Assembly: GCA_047602405.1 (NCBI GenBank)
Contig: JASGHJ010000001.1
Span: 64,001-128,000 of the forward strand
Direction of reading: 5' to 3'
Length of the DNA stretch: 64,000 nucleotides
From: Anaeromyxobacteraceae bacterium
Lineage (GTDB): Bacteria > Myxococcota > Myxococcia > Myxococcales > Anaeromyxobacteraceae
The position numbers were made by a program, and so were the translations under genes. Of this stretch, positions 50,432 through 60,922 are shown piece after piece. The notes below the pieces were generated by a model. It did no database searches, was not told the DNA's origin, and saw only the letters and a program-made list of their open reading frames with translations. Positions within the stretch are counted from its first letter, which is position 1, and each line of letters starts with the position of its first letter.

Positions 50432-52510
50432 ATGCCTCACCTGTTCCAGCTCGGACCCGTGGAGACCGCCCGGGGTGACGCCTGGCTCGTCGGCGGCATG
50501 GACGAGCGCGGGCTCGCCGTGCGCCCATCCATGGCCACCACGCGCGGCGAGGCCTTCCGCGCCGCCCTGAAGCGCCTCGACCCTGCGACGGTCCGGTGCG
50601 AGCCTGCGCTGGCCGACCTCGCCAGGCCGCTCGGCCTCGCTTTGGCACCGCTCGGCCCGGAGGTCCTCGAGCTCCGCGCCGTCCTCGCGTTCTCGCTCTC
50701 GTGCGGCCCTGCGGCGCCCGAGCCCGACCGGGAGACCGCGCTACCGTTCTTCGACGCCTGCCGCCAGTTCTGGAATAGGCGCCCCTGGGAAACGGCCGTG
50801 TCCGACGTGCCGATCGCGCTCGAGCTCCGGGTGGGCGGCGAGCATGTCGTCCGCGAGGCGTCGGTGATGGGCTCCGGCGGAGAGGTGTTCGGGCTCGCGC
50901 TCTACGACGTGCCGGGCTCGGTGGACCGCCTCATCGCGCTCTCCGACCGCGGCGGTCGCTCGGCCGCCGCCCGGATTGACACGACGACCGTGATGTTCGA
51001 GGAGGAGCCGCGCTGGGCGGCGGACGCCTGGAGCGCGGCGTTCGGCGGCCCGCGCATCCCACAGACGATGCGCCTGCGGCGCGGCAAGAGCGTCGCGCCG
51101 AAGCCGCGCGAGATCGCGGAGCTCACGGCCGCCCTCCTCGCGGTGTCCGATCTCCTCTCGCCGAGGGACCCCGCGCCGGGCAGCGTATCTCGCACGGTCC
51201 GCGCCGGCCCGATCGTGATTGACGTCCGCGCGACGCTCGCCGAGGAGCCGATGCCCGAGCGCCTCGTTCCCCTCCGCGAGGACGAGCGCGACGGCGGCCC
51301 GGAGCTCGTGGTGCGCCCGTCCGACGCCCTGCGCCGTGACCGGATCCCGCGGAACGCCCCCTGCCCCTGCGGCTCCGGGCGCAAGTACAAGAAGTGCCAC
51401 CTCGCCGAGGACGAGGCCCGCGCCGCCGTGGCGCGCCTGCCGGGCGAGGCCGGCGAGTCGGCCCGCGCCGAGTCGCGCCGCCTCGCCGAGCGCGAGCCGG
51501 TGCACGACCTCGACGAGCGCATCAACGCCGACGCCCTCGCGCTCGCGCGCCGTCACTGGGGAGCGCGCTACTCCCCGGAGGACGCCCTCGCCGCGCTGGG
51601 CGTCCCCGAACAGTTCATGGGCTATGTCGACGGATGGAAGGCGGCCCACTTCCCCGGCCCCGATGGCCGCACCGCGCTCGACCTCTACCTGGACGAGCGG
51701 GGTGCCGGGCTCGACGACCTCGGCCGCCGGCTCGTGGAGGCACAGCCACGCGCGTGGTTCGGGCCGCTCGAGGTCGTGAGCGTGGCCCCGGGCGAGTCGC
51801 TCGTGCTGCGCGATCTCCTCGAGGGCGGCGTGCGGGAGGTGAAGGAGCGGTCCGCCTCGCGTACCCTCGTCGCCCACGAGGTCGTGCTCGCCCGTGTGCT
51901 CGATCTCGGCGACCACCACGTCCTCGGCGGCTGCTACCCGCGCGCGCTGCCGCCGCTCGAGGCCGACGACGTGCGCCGCGCCCTCCTGAAGGTGATGAAG
52001 GTACGGGGCAAGGCCGCGGTTTCGCTCGCGAAGCTCCGCGAGGCGACGGCGATGGGCCTGCCTTTCGCGTGCTGGACCGAGGGCGTGCGCGCGCTCGAGG
52101 CGCGGGCCCGCCTCACCCTCGAGAACTCCGACGGGGAGCCGGTCCTCATCACGGTCGACCGCTTCGACGTCGCGGCCGGCCGCGGGGCCGCGGTGCGCGA
52201 GGCCCAGCTGTCGGCGCCGGGCGCGGTGTCCCAGGCAGCGAGTCCGCGGCACGGGCGCCCGTCCGCCGTGCCCCCCGAGGCCGTGAAGGCGGTGCGGGCG
52301 CTCGAGCTCGGGCTCAAGCTGCGCTGGCTCGACGAGGAGATCCCGGCGCTCGGCGGCCTCACGCCACGAGCGGCTGCCCGACGCAAGGGCGAGCCGCGCC
52401 GGCGCCTGGCGCTCCTGCTCGACGAGCTCGAGACCATGGAGGCGCGCCGGCCGGCGGCGGAGCGCTTCGACGTGGGGATCCTGCGGCGGGAGCTCGGGGT
52501 GTGGACGTAG
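50432..52510 (+). CDS. SEC-C motif protein with C-terminal MbcA/Xre-like helix domain
   Basis: PRNAPCPCGSGRKYKKCH; WLDEEIPALGGLTPR. Confidence 0.75.
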   Translation: MPHLFQLGPVETARGDAWLVGGMDERGLAVRPSMATTRGEAFRAALKRLDPATVRCEPALADLARPLGLALAPLGPEVLELRAVLAFSLSCGPAAPEPDRETALPFFDACRQFWNRRPWETAVSDVPIALELRVGGEHVVREASVMGSGGEVFGLALYDVPGSVDRLIALSDRGGRSAAARIDTTTVMFEEEPRWAADAWSAAFGGPRIPQTMRLRRGKSVAPKPREIAELTAALLAVSDLLSPRDPAPGSVSRTVRAGPIVIDVRATLAEEPMPERLVPLREDERDGGPELVVRPSDALRRDRIPRNAPCPCGSGRKYKKCHLAEDEARAAVARLPGEAGESARAESRRLAEREPVHDLDERINADALALARRHWGARYSPEDALAALGVPEQFMGYVDGWKAAHFPGPDGRTALDLYLDERGAGLDDLGRRLVEAQPRAWFGPLEVVSVAPGESLVLRDLLEGGVREVKERSASRTLVAHEVVLARVLDLGDHHVLGGCYPRALPPLEADDVRRALLKVMKVRGKAAVSLAKLREATAMGLPFACWTEGVRALEARARLTLENSDGEPVLITVDRFDVAAGRGAAVREAQLSAPGAVSQAASPRHGRPSAVPPEAVKAVRALELGLKLRWLDEEIPALGGLTPRAAARRKGEPRRRLALLLDELETMEARRPAAERFDVGILRRELGVWT

Positions 52511-52599
52511 GCGGCGGGGTTCGGGGCCCGCCCGCGATTGCATTGGGCGACGTCAGAGGGGGCTGGTAGTCGTCGCGGGTCTCCCGCCCTCGAGGCTCC

Positions 52600-53613
52600 G
52601 TGCGCGCCCTCCCGACTCCCGAGCAGTCCATCGACACCCGGGATGCCCCGCTCGCGCTCACGCTGACGTGCAACCGCTGCGGTCGCCGGCAGTCTCGCAA
52701 GTTCGACTGGGCGTGCATCGATCCCCGCGATGAGCGGGACGACGGGTGGGATGGCGTTTTGCTCTCGCGGATCGTGGAGTGCTCCGGCTGCGGGGCGATC
52801 GATGACTACGCGCTCGCCGGCACGTCCTACCTCCAGCTGACCGGAAGGCTGCTCCGAGCCCTCGACAAGGACGCCGGTACGGGTCGGATCATCCTGGGGG
52901 TCTCGCAGCTGTGGGATGGCTCGGTTGCTCGACGCCCGTCCACCGCGCTCGCGCGGCTCCGTCAGCTCGCCGCGGATCATCCCGAGCGGGCCGAGGGCTT
53001 CCGGCGTCTCGGGAACGGCTGCGAGCGCTTCGGCTTCGTCGAGGAGGCCCTCGCGGCCTGGAAGAAGGCCCTCGAACTGGACCCGGCGGAGCTCGAGTCG
53101 GCCTGTTTGCTCGCGTCCCACGCGTGGAGCGGCGGCCAGCGGGAGGAGACGCTCAGGTACCTGCGTCGAGGCCTGCAGGCGGTCTTGCGTGCGACGGAGT
53201 TGGGGCGGGACGTGCTTGATCCGGCGCGCCACCTCGCGACGCTCCTCCACGAGGTGGCCGGCAGGGATCCGGAGCCTCTGGGGCTCCTCGCGGCCTGGTT
53301 CGAAGGAGAGATGGGGGGCCAGCGGGTCGCCCACGCGAGCGCGGTCGACCTTCGCAAGGTGAGCGACCCCGAGCGCCTGGCAGACTTCCTGGTCCGCCCG
53401 GGGCTGGTCGGCGTCGAGCTCTCGTCCGAGCTGCCCGCGGGGGAGCCCACCCACCTGGAGCAGGTGCTCTCGAGCGCACTCCCGAGGCCACGGCGCCCTC
53501 AGCCTACCGGACCGTCCCCGGTCGCGAGGGAGCACACGCCGGACAAGGTCGGGCGCAACGCGCCCTGCCCGTGCGGCAGCGGGAAGAAACACAAGCGCTG
53601 CTGCGGGGGCTGA
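52600..53613 (+). CDS. Zn-ribbon + TPR + SEC-C protein
   Basis: CNRC/CSGC, TPR EEALAAWKKALELDP, GRNAPCPCGSGKKHKRCC. Confidence 0.8.
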   Translation: MRALPTPEQSIDTRDAPLALTLTCNRCGRRQSRKFDWACIDPRDERDDGWDGVLLSRIVECSGCGAIDDYALAGTSYLQLTGRLLRALDKDAGTGRIILGVSQLWDGSVARRPSTALARLRQLAADHPERAEGFRRLGNGCERFGFVEEALAAWKKALELDPAELESACLLASHAWSGGQREETLRYLRRGLQAVLRATELGRDVLDPARHLATLLHEVAGRDPEPLGLLAAWFEGEMGGQRVAHASAVDLRKVSDPERLADFLVRPGLVGVELSSELPAGEPTHLEQVLSSALPRPRRPQPTGPSPVAREHTPDKVGRNAPCPCGSGKKHKRCCGG

Positions 53614-53775
53614 ACGGCGTCGATGAGCGGAGGGCGTGCGCCAAGCTCCGCGAGGCCGGGGCACGCTCGAGTGAACCTCTCGCACAGCTGCTGCCCAGGC
53701 CTCCACAGGCGAACCGAACCATCCGCCTTCTGGCAGGCCCCGCGGCACCCTTCGTGCCGCGGGGCCTTCGTCCTG

Positions 53776-56700
53776 CTACCTCGCGATCGGCACCGCCGCC
53801 CCCGCCTCCCCGACCTCGTACGCTGGCGTCATGAGCTCCTCCTCGATCGGCACCGCCGGCTCCGTCTCGAACGCACGCATCCCGGTCCGGATGTCGTACG
53901 CGTCCGCGACGCCGAGGTTCACGAGGTACCCCATGTCGGCGAGCGACCCGATCGTCGTCCGGCTCAGCGGGTTCACGGCCCCACCGATCCATCCGGTCAT
54001 GAGTTCGCGCCCGAACACGGTCTCTCGCCAGTGCGAGTTCGCCGTCCCCGTCCCGCCGGTATTCTCGACCGGCACCGCGGTCCCGGCGTAGGTCGTGCCG
54101 CCGTTGTAGTCGAGGAACGCCGAGCGGGCCTGGCTGCCCAGGAAGTACGGATCGGTCCCGCCCGAGCCGTACAGGAGCCCGAGGTCGGTCCACATCGAGC
54201 CGAAGCCGACGACGTGCAGCATCTCGTGCTGGATCACGGAGTCGAGCGTCCCGTCCGCGAGCATCGCGGCGAGGTCCGCGGCATCGAACTTCATCACGCC
54301 GAACACCGGTAGGCGCGACGACGTGCGGATCATGCACGGGCCGGCCTGCCCGAGGATGCCGCCCGGTCCGTCGATGTCCTGGACCAGCACCGCGATGTAG
54401 AGGTCGTCGACCGTGCCGGTGATCGACAGCCCAGCGCAGCTCGCGAGGTATCCCGTGTTGAGGTAGACGTTCGGGAGCTCGCCGGTGATCATCCCCTCGA
54501 CGCGTGCCCGAGCGCGCGTGAACGCCCGGACGACGGCGTCAGACGCCGTCGTCATGTACTGGAGCGTGATGTCGTAGCCCTCGGCGGCCGCGCGGGGCGT
54601 GGCCGTGAACGTGAAGACCAGCGAAGGGTCCTCGGTCACGCGCGCGTTCACGACCTGCAGCCCCGTGGTGCCAAGCGTCCAGGACGCGACGCCGGCGCGG
54701 CCATCGGCGCCGGTCACGGCCGAGGCCGCGGTCAGCGTGCCGCCGCCCGCCACCTCAAAGGTGACGGCCGTGCCGGCCACTGGCTGGCCGGCCGCGTCGC
54801 GCACCACGACGACCGGCGGGTCGGCCACGGGCTTCCCGGCGGCCGAGACCTGGTGCTCCGCGGAGACTGCGGCGATGGACGCGGGCGGCGCCGAGCCCAC
54901 GAACGACGAGGTCGCGACCGCGCTCGCGCCCCGCGGGTCGACGACCGCGAGCTTGAGCTCGTAGGTCCCCGGCACGTCCGGCACGAAGCTCGTGCGGATC
55001 TCGCCGGGCGCGGCGATGGTGGCCACGCTCCCGACCGGCCGCGACGACACGGCCCAGGTGAATGTCATCGCGTCTCCGTCCGGATCCGAGGAACCTGTAC
55101 CGTCGAGCGTGATCACCTTGCCTACGACAGCGCCCGGAATGGCCGCGATCCTCGGCTCCGGCGGGCGGTTCGGCGGAGGACGGGCCGTGAGCAGGATGGT
55201 GATCACCACGGACGTGGTGCCGTCTGTGGCCGTCAGCTTCACGACGCCGGGCGGCACTCCGCTCGCGGGGGGACCCGACGTGGGAGGCGTGTAGACGACC
55301 GACGTGCCGGAGGCCGTGGAGAGGGTGCCGAACGGCGGGTTGATGCTCCAGGCGACGGAGGTCGGGAGCGCCGCCCTCGTGGCCGCGAAGGTGACGGGAA
55401 GCCCTCCGAGCTGTCGGACCGGGTAAGCGGGGGACACCACGATGGCCGACGCGGGGGGCCGCACGACGATGGTCCGGCTCGCCGAGGCCGTCTGGTTCGT
55501 CAGCACGGACCGGCACGAGTAGGACGCATAGTGAGTCCCGGTGGAATAGTAGGTGAAGCTCGCATCCGCGAAGGGCCACAGAGAGCCGTCGGACTGCCAG
55601 TCCTCGACCGCGCCCTCGAGCGGGCACCGCGCGACGAACCGCACGGCGGTTCCGGGGGAGACGCTGATCGTCTTCGCCTCCGGAAGGCTGACGAAGTCAC
55701 CCGAGGCCACGGGCACCGGCACCGTTGTCGAACGGACGCCGTCCGAGGCCACGAGCTGGAGGTTGTAGGTCCCGCGCACGTCGGCCCGGAACGACGGCTT
55801 CGCCGTGTCGGCGTCGAACAGGACGGCTCCGCTCCCCTGCGGCTTCGAGGTCAGGGTCCACGCGAACGTGATGGGGTCCCCGTCGGGGTCCCGCGTCGAG
55901 GATGCGTCGACGAGCGCGTACTGACCCACTTCCGGAGTCACTGGTGCCACCGAGACGACCGGCGGGCGGTTCGGCATGGGCATGACCGAGGGCGAGGGCT
56001 GCGACTCGGGACCGGCTCCGACGACGTTCCTCGCGACCACGCGGAACTCGTAGGAGGTGAGGTTCGCGAGGCCCGTCACGGTTGCGCGCGTTCCTGTGAT
56101 CTCGACGATAGCGGACGGCTGGGTCGGGGTGAGGAGGAGCGTATACGCGGTCAGCGGGCGGCCACCGTCCGAGACGGGTGCGATCCAGGTGATCACCGCG
56201 GCGCCATCGCTTGCGACGGCGTTGACCGCGGTCGGCGCGCCCGGGACGTCCGGGGTCGTGACCGCGCCGGATGGGGCCGAGGCCGGGCCCGTGCCCACCG
56301 CGTTCGTGGCGGTCACCTGGAACGTGTAGCTCGTGCCCCTGCCGAGTCCGGACACGGTGGCGTTGGTGCCCTGCACCTCGAACACGGCCGACGCGGCCGC
56401 GGGCATCGGGACGACCGTGTAGCCCGTGAGCGGGCGGCCACCGTCGCTGGACGGCGCCGACCAGGAGAGCGAGACGGTCACCTCTCCCATCAGCGCCCGC
56501 ACGTTCTCCGGCGCCGCGGGCACGGCCGGCGTGGTCACCGCGGGTGAGGGCGCGGAGGGCGCGCTCGAACCCGCGCCGTTCGAGGCGGTGACCGTAAAGG
56601 TGTACCTCGTACCGTCGTCGAGCCCGGTCACCGTCGCGCTGGTGCCCGTGGCGTTCTCGGTCGCGCCGCCCGGGCTCGCCTTCACCCGGAAGCTCGTCGC

Positions 56701-56880
56701 GGCGCCGGCCGTGCCTGTCGGGCCCGGCGTCCAGGTCACGATCGCGCTGCGCACGCCGGCCTCGGCAGTCACGCCGACGGGCGCCTCCGGCGGGCGCTCC
56801 TTCTTGCCACCGCCACCGCACGCCGCGAGGCCCACCACCAGCAGCGCCACCGCAGACCAACGGCTCATCCGTGTCTTCAT
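53776..56880 (-). CDS. Lipoprotein with FN3 repeats, PKD/Ig-like domains and leishmanolysin-like (M8) metalloprotease
   Basis: LAAC lipobox; three FN3 repeats; DPDGD PKD-like motifs; HEMLHVVGF...SHWRE...ELMT. Confidence 0.85.
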   Translation of the reverse strand: MKTRMSRWSAVALLVVGLAACGGGGKKERPPEAPVGVTAEAGVRSAIVTWTPGPTGTAGAATSFRVKASPGGATENATGTSATVTGLDDGTRYTFTVTASNGAGSSAPSAPSPAVTTPAVPAAPENVRALMGEVTVSLSWSAPSSDGGRPLTGYTVVPMPAAASAVFEVQGTNATVSGLGRGTSYTFQVTATNAVGTGPASAPSGAVTTPDVPGAPTAVNAVASDGAAVITWIAPVSDGGRPLTAYTLLLTPTQPSAIVEITGTRATVTGLANLTSYEFRVVARNVVGAGPESQPSPSVMPMPNRPPVVSVAPVTPEVGQYALVDASSTRDPDGDPITFAWTLTSKPQGSGAVLFDADTAKPSFRADVRGTYNLQLVASDGVRSTTVPVPVASGDFVSLPEAKTISVSPGTAVRFVARCPLEGAVEDWQSDGSLWPFADASFTYYSTGTHYASYSCRSVLTNQTASASRTIVVRPPASAIVVSPAYPVRQLGGLPVTFAATRAALPTSVAWSINPPFGTLSTASGTSVVYTPPTSGPPASGVPPGVVKLTATDGTTSVVITILLTARPPPNRPPEPRIAAIPGAVVGKVITLDGTGSSDPDGDAMTFTWAVSSRPVGSVATIAAPGEIRTSFVPDVPGTYELKLAVVDPRGASAVATSSFVGSAPPASIAAVSAEHQVSAAGKPVADPPVVVVRDAAGQPVAGTAVTFEVAGGGTLTAASAVTGADGRAGVASWTLGTTGLQVVNARVTEDPSLVFTFTATPRAAAEGYDITLQYMTTASDAVVRAFTRARARVEGMITGELPNVYLNTGYLASCAGLSITGTVDDLYIAVLVQDIDGPGGILGQAGPCMIRTSSRLPVFGVMKFDAADLAAMLADGTLDSVIQHEMLHVVGFGSMWTDLGLLYGSGGTDPYFLGSQARSAFLDYNGGTTYAGTAVPVENTGGTGTANSHWRETVFGRELMTGWIGGAVNPLSRTTIGSLADMGYLVNLGVADAYDIRTGMRAFETEPAVPIEEELMTPAYEVGEAGAAVPIAR

Positions 56881-57120
56881 GTCCCCCCCTCGTGAAAGGC
56901 GCGGGCATCCTATGAAAGGGGCGGACACGGGCAATGGTCATCGCGCCGTGCCGTTCACTCATCGTCAGCTGACGCACGCTGCGGCAGGCCCTCCCGCGAG
57001 CGCCTGAGACAAGAAGACGCACGGCGGACCCGTCCGCTCGCCATCACATCGCGGCGCCCGTCGGTCCTTGGCGTGCCCCGTCGCGCCCCCCGTGTCCGCC
57101 CCACCCCTACCCTCCGCCTC

Positions 57121-58038
57121 ATGAACACCGAGCTCAACGCGTTCCTCGAGTCGCTCCTCTTCGCCGCCCCGCAGCGCCACGCCTCCCTCACCGTTATCCC
57201 GCTCGTCACCCGCGAAGCGCGCCCCGCCGGCTACCTCCAGCTCAGGGACGCCCTCGCGAAGAACCTCGTGAAGGTCACCGAGGTGAGCGAGGGCGGCAGC
57301 GTCCCGGACCTCCTCCTCGAGAACCTCGCCGACGAGGACGTCCTCCTCCTGGACGGCGACGAGCTCGTCGGCGCGACGCAGAACCGCGTGCTCAACACCT
57401 CCATCCTCGTTCCGCCGCACACGCGCACGAAGATCCCGGTCTCCTGCGTCGAGCGCGGCCGCTGGCAGTACCGCTCCCGCGCGTTCCAGAGCGAGGACCG
57501 CATGATGTTCGCCCGCGGCCGCGCGATGAAGCTCGGCCAGGTCACGACCTCGCTCCGGCAGACCGGCACGCACCGCTCCGACCAGGGCCAGGTCTGGCGC
57601 GACGTCTCCAAGAAGGCGGCCTTCTTCCGCGTGGCCTCGCCAAGCGAGGCGATGAGCGACGTCTACGCGCAGGTCGAGAACGACGTCGCGTCGTACCGCA
57701 CCGCGTTCCACCCGGTGCCGAACCAGGTCGGCGCGGTGTTCGCCATCGGCGGGCGCGCGGTGGGGCTCGAGCTCTTCGACGCGCCCGAGACGCTCGCCGC
57801 GACGCTCCGGAAGCTCGTCGGGTCCTACGCGCTCGACGCGATGGAGGAGTCCGTGCCTGCGGCCGTGGACGCGGACGGGGTCGCAACGGAGCTCCTCGCC
57901 CGCGCGCGGCGCCTCCATACGACGCCGGCCCCCGGCGCCTGCAAGGGCACCGAGCTCCGGCTCGAGGGAGCGGGCCTCGCCGGCTCGGCGCTGCTGGACG
58001 GGGAGCGGGTGGTGCACCTCTCGGTGCTCGCGGTGTAG
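57121..58038 (+). CDS. ARPP-1 / DUF6569-like protein
   Basis: GSVPDL, LLDGDELVGATQNRVLN, VSCVERGRW, QGQVW, SYALDA. Confidence 0.75.
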   Translation: MNTELNAFLESLLFAAPQRHASLTVIPLVTREARPAGYLQLRDALAKNLVKVTEVSEGGSVPDLLLENLADEDVLLLDGDELVGATQNRVLNTSILVPPHTRTKIPVSCVERGRWQYRSRAFQSEDRMMFARGRAMKLGQVTTSLRQTGTHRSDQGQVWRDVSKKAAFFRVASPSEAMSDVYAQVENDVASYRTAFHPVPNQVGAVFAIGGRAVGLELFDAPETLAATLRKLVGSYALDAMEESVPAAVDADGVATELLARARRLHTTPAPGACKGTELRLEGAGLAGSALLDGERVVHLSVLAV

Positions 58039-58136
58039 CCGCCGCACGGCACGGAACCTGCTCTCCCGCCTCGTCGCGCACGTCGCCCGCGGAAACTCGC
58101 AGGCTTGCGGGGACGGCGCCGGCCGCCGCGCGGACC

Positions 58137-58706
58137 ATGGTCCGCCGATCGGCCGCAACGCCAGCCGCGGGAGGCGCCGTGCACTCGACCGATCTCAGTC
58201 CATCCGTCGTCGTGGATTCCACGCTGGATGCGTTCGCGCGCGCGGTCTCGGCCGGACGCCGCGCCGAGCTCGCCCGCGTGCTCGCCAAGCTCCCTCCGTT
58301 CCTGGACGGCCGCATCCTCCCCGCGCTTGTCCACGTCCTCGAGGAGAACCCGCACGCGGGGGTCCCACTCGTCCGCGACCACGGCGACCCTCGTGGCGGC
58401 GCGCACCTCTCCCTCAGCTTCGACCGCGTGGCCCTTGGCGAACCGCTCTTCTGCCCCGGGCACCGCGCGTGGATGCTCCAGTCCATCGCCGAGGCGATGA
58501 AGGCCCTCGGCACCCAGCCATCCGCCTCGCAGGCGAGGGAGCTCGCGCGCGCCCTGTATGACGCCATAGGCGACCCTTGCTACGAGGCGGAGCGCGGGCG
58601 AAGGCTGATAGCCGCCGCGCCTCCGGCGAGCACCGGGCGAGGACCGGGCCGGAACGCGCCGTGCCCGTGCGGCAGCGGCAAGAAGTTCAAGAGATGCTGC
58701 GGGTGA
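58137..58706 (+). CDS. SEC-C motif protein
   Basis: GRNAPCPCGSGKKFKRCCG; start uncertain. Confidence 0.7.
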   Translation: MVRRSAATPAAGGAVHSTDLSPSVVVDSTLDAFARAVSAGRRAELARVLAKLPPFLDGRILPALVHVLEENPHAGVPLVRDHGDPRGGAHLSLSFDRVALGEPLFCPGHRAWMLQSIAEAMKALGTQPSASQARELARALYDAIGDPCYEAERGRRLIAAAPPASTGRGPGRNAPCPCGSGKKFKRCCG

Positions 58707-58723
58707 CCGGTATCCGGTCCCCC

Positions 58724-59693
58724 TCAGATCCTCCCGCTCTCCCTCAACCACGCCAGCGCCGGCGCGAGGCACTCGCACGCGGAGCGGAACTCGACCCCGA
58801 GCTCCCGCCGCGCCTTCGAGGTGTCCATGAACCAGTGCCGCGTGGCGTACGGGACCACGTGGTGATCGAACGGAAGCGGGACCCGCAGGTACCGACCCGC
58901 GAGCGCGAGCCCCCGCATCAGGCGGTTCGGCACCTTCACCACCCGCTTCCTCTGCCCGAGAAGCTCGAGCGTCACCCGCGCGAGTTCCACGATGGTGAGG
59001 TTCTCGCTCCCGAGCACGTAGCGCTCGCCGCTCCGCCCGCGGGTCATCGCCGCGACGATGCCCGCGGCGACGTCGTCCACGTGGGCGACGAGGGTGCCGC
59101 CCGTGCACACGAGCACCGGGTTCGACCTCGCGAAGTCGGCGAGCGTCCCCGCCGTGATGAAGTCCACGTCGCCGGGCCCGTACACCTCGCCGGGGTTGCA
59201 GACGACCACGTGCTGGCCGCGCGCGTGCGCCTCCCGGGCACAGCGCCTCCGCGGCGCGCTTGCACCGTGAGTAGTTGAGCCCGCCCGCGGCGAGCGTGTA
59301 GCTCGCGCTCTCGTCGAACACCTCGGGCCGCTCGCTCCCGTTCACCGCGAGGATGCTCGACACGTACACGACCCGGATGCCCGGCACGGCCGCGGCGGCC
59401 TCGAGCACGTGCCGCGTCCCCTGCACGACCACCTCGTCCATGAGCGGCGAGTCGATCAACGCCCACGCCGAGAGGCCGGCGATGTGCAGCACCGCGTCCT
59501 GGCCGGCGACGGCGGCGCGGACCGACCCGGCGTCCCGCACGTCCCCCGTCACTCGCTCGTACGGCAGCGAGGCCAGCCGGTCCGTGCGGCTCGTCGGCCG
59601 GAGCAGGCACCGGACCTCGTGGCCCTGCGCCGCGAGCGCGCGGACCGCCGCCGACCCGATGAAACCGTTCCCTCCCGTGACGAGGACGCGCAT
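58724..59693 (-). CDS. NAD-dependent epimerase/dehydratase (HpnA/DFR-like), +1 frameshift at ~59236
   Basis: VTGGNGFIG, YxxxK (YSRCK), NPGEVYGPGD, GERYVL. Confidence 0.85.
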
Positions 59694-59727
59694 GAACCTG
59701 GGGTACTCGCTCGGCGGCGCCGACGCT

Positions 59728-60861
59728 TCACCGCTCGAGGAACCGGTACCGCACCTGCTGCGTGGGCTCCATGCCCTCCACCCAGACGGCCCACACGATC
59801 TCCGGCGTTGGGGTCCGCACGATCCGGGGCGTGTAGCCCGGCACCGGCAGGTGCTCGGGCTCGCCGGTGAAGGGCCCTGCGACCGGCCGGACCACGGTGC
59901 CGTCCTCCCGCACCCACGCGACGGACCACGTGCCGTTCCGCTCCGCGAAGAGCCAGGGGAACACGTCGGTGTGCGCGGCGTCGGGCCCGCTCGCCACCAC
60001 GGGCGCGGTCCACGTGAGCCCGTCCGCGGAGGTCGAGAGCATCGTCTCGGCGCTCCTGTCGAGGACGTTCTCGCCGAGCGCGAGGTCGTGGCGCGTGAAC
60101 GCCATCAGGAACTCGCCGGGGCCCCGCTCGACCACGTGCGGGAACGCGTCGTTCGAGCCCGACGCGAGCCCCGCGGCCTCGACCGGCGCGTGCCAGCCCG
60201 CCGCGTCGCGCACCGCGACGTCGATGCGGCGCCGGGTGTCGCCGGCGCGGTAGCCCGAGGTGAAGTAGACGAGCATCCGGCCGTCGGAGGTCGCGACCAT
60301 CGCCGGGTGCTGATCGTCCGGCCCCGGCGAGATCGCGATGGCGCTGGCCTCGTCGAAGGCGAGCCCGTCGAACGAGACGTTTTGCCAGATGCGCCGGTCG
60401 GTCCCGGTGCAGCACCCCGGGGTGCCCGGGCAGTGCGCGGCGTCGAAGTAGATGCAGCCCTCGGGCAGGAGGCGCCAGCGCATCCACGCGAGATGAAAGA
60501 CGCCGTTCGGCTCGCGCGCGAGGCTCGGGTAGAAGCTCCACGCCTGCGCATCGGTCGCGGCGACCGGCGTCGACCACGCCTTCCCGTCCGTCGAGCGGGT
60601 GACGAGGATCTCTTTCCGCGCGAGGCCATCGGGGTGGGCGCCGAGCCGGTTCGAGTACCACGCCGCGTACAGGGCGTCGGGCAGCCGGGTCACGAGAACG
60701 GCCGGATCCTCGTCCTGCCCGGCCTCGTTCCCGGGCGCGAGCGTGGCCGCCTGGGAGGCCTCGAGCGCCTCGAGCGGCGGCTTCCCGCACCCTTCGTGAC
60801 GCCCTCCTCCGCAGGCCACGATGCACAGCATGACGGCGAGCGTTGCACCCGGTCGTCTCAT
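59728..60861 (-). CDS. Sialidase/BNR-like beta-propeller lipoprotein
   Basis: IVAC lipobox, Asp-box motifs STDGKAW and SADGLTW. Confidence 0.65.
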   Translation of the reverse strand: MRRPGATLAVMLCIVACGGGRHEGCGKPPLEALEASQAATLAPGNEAGQDEDPAVLVTRLPDALYAAWYSNRLGAHPDGLARKEILVTRSTDGKAWSTPVAATDAQAWSFYPSLAREPNGVFHLAWMRWRLLPEGCIYFDAAHCPGTPGCCTGTDRRIWQNVSFDGLAFDEASAIAISPGPDDQHPAMVATSDGRMLVYFTSGYRAGDTRRRIDVAVRDAAGWHAPVEAAGLASGSNDAFPHVVERGPGEFLMAFTRHDLALGENVLDRSAETMLSTSADGLTWTAPVVASGPDAAHTDVFPWLFAERNGTWSVAWVREDGTVVRPVAGPFTGEPEHLPVPGYTPRIVRTPTPEIVWAVWVEGMEPTQQVRYRFLER

Positions 60862-60922
60862 GGCGCCTCCGTCGAGTTCCCTTACGGGCCGGGCCCGCGG
60901 CCGCAAGGCCCGGGGCGGTGCC

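Noticed and set aside
48641..52510. 1289-aa ORF in the track
   Set aside because: The first half is an off-frame shadow of the antiporter gene; the real protein starts near 50432.
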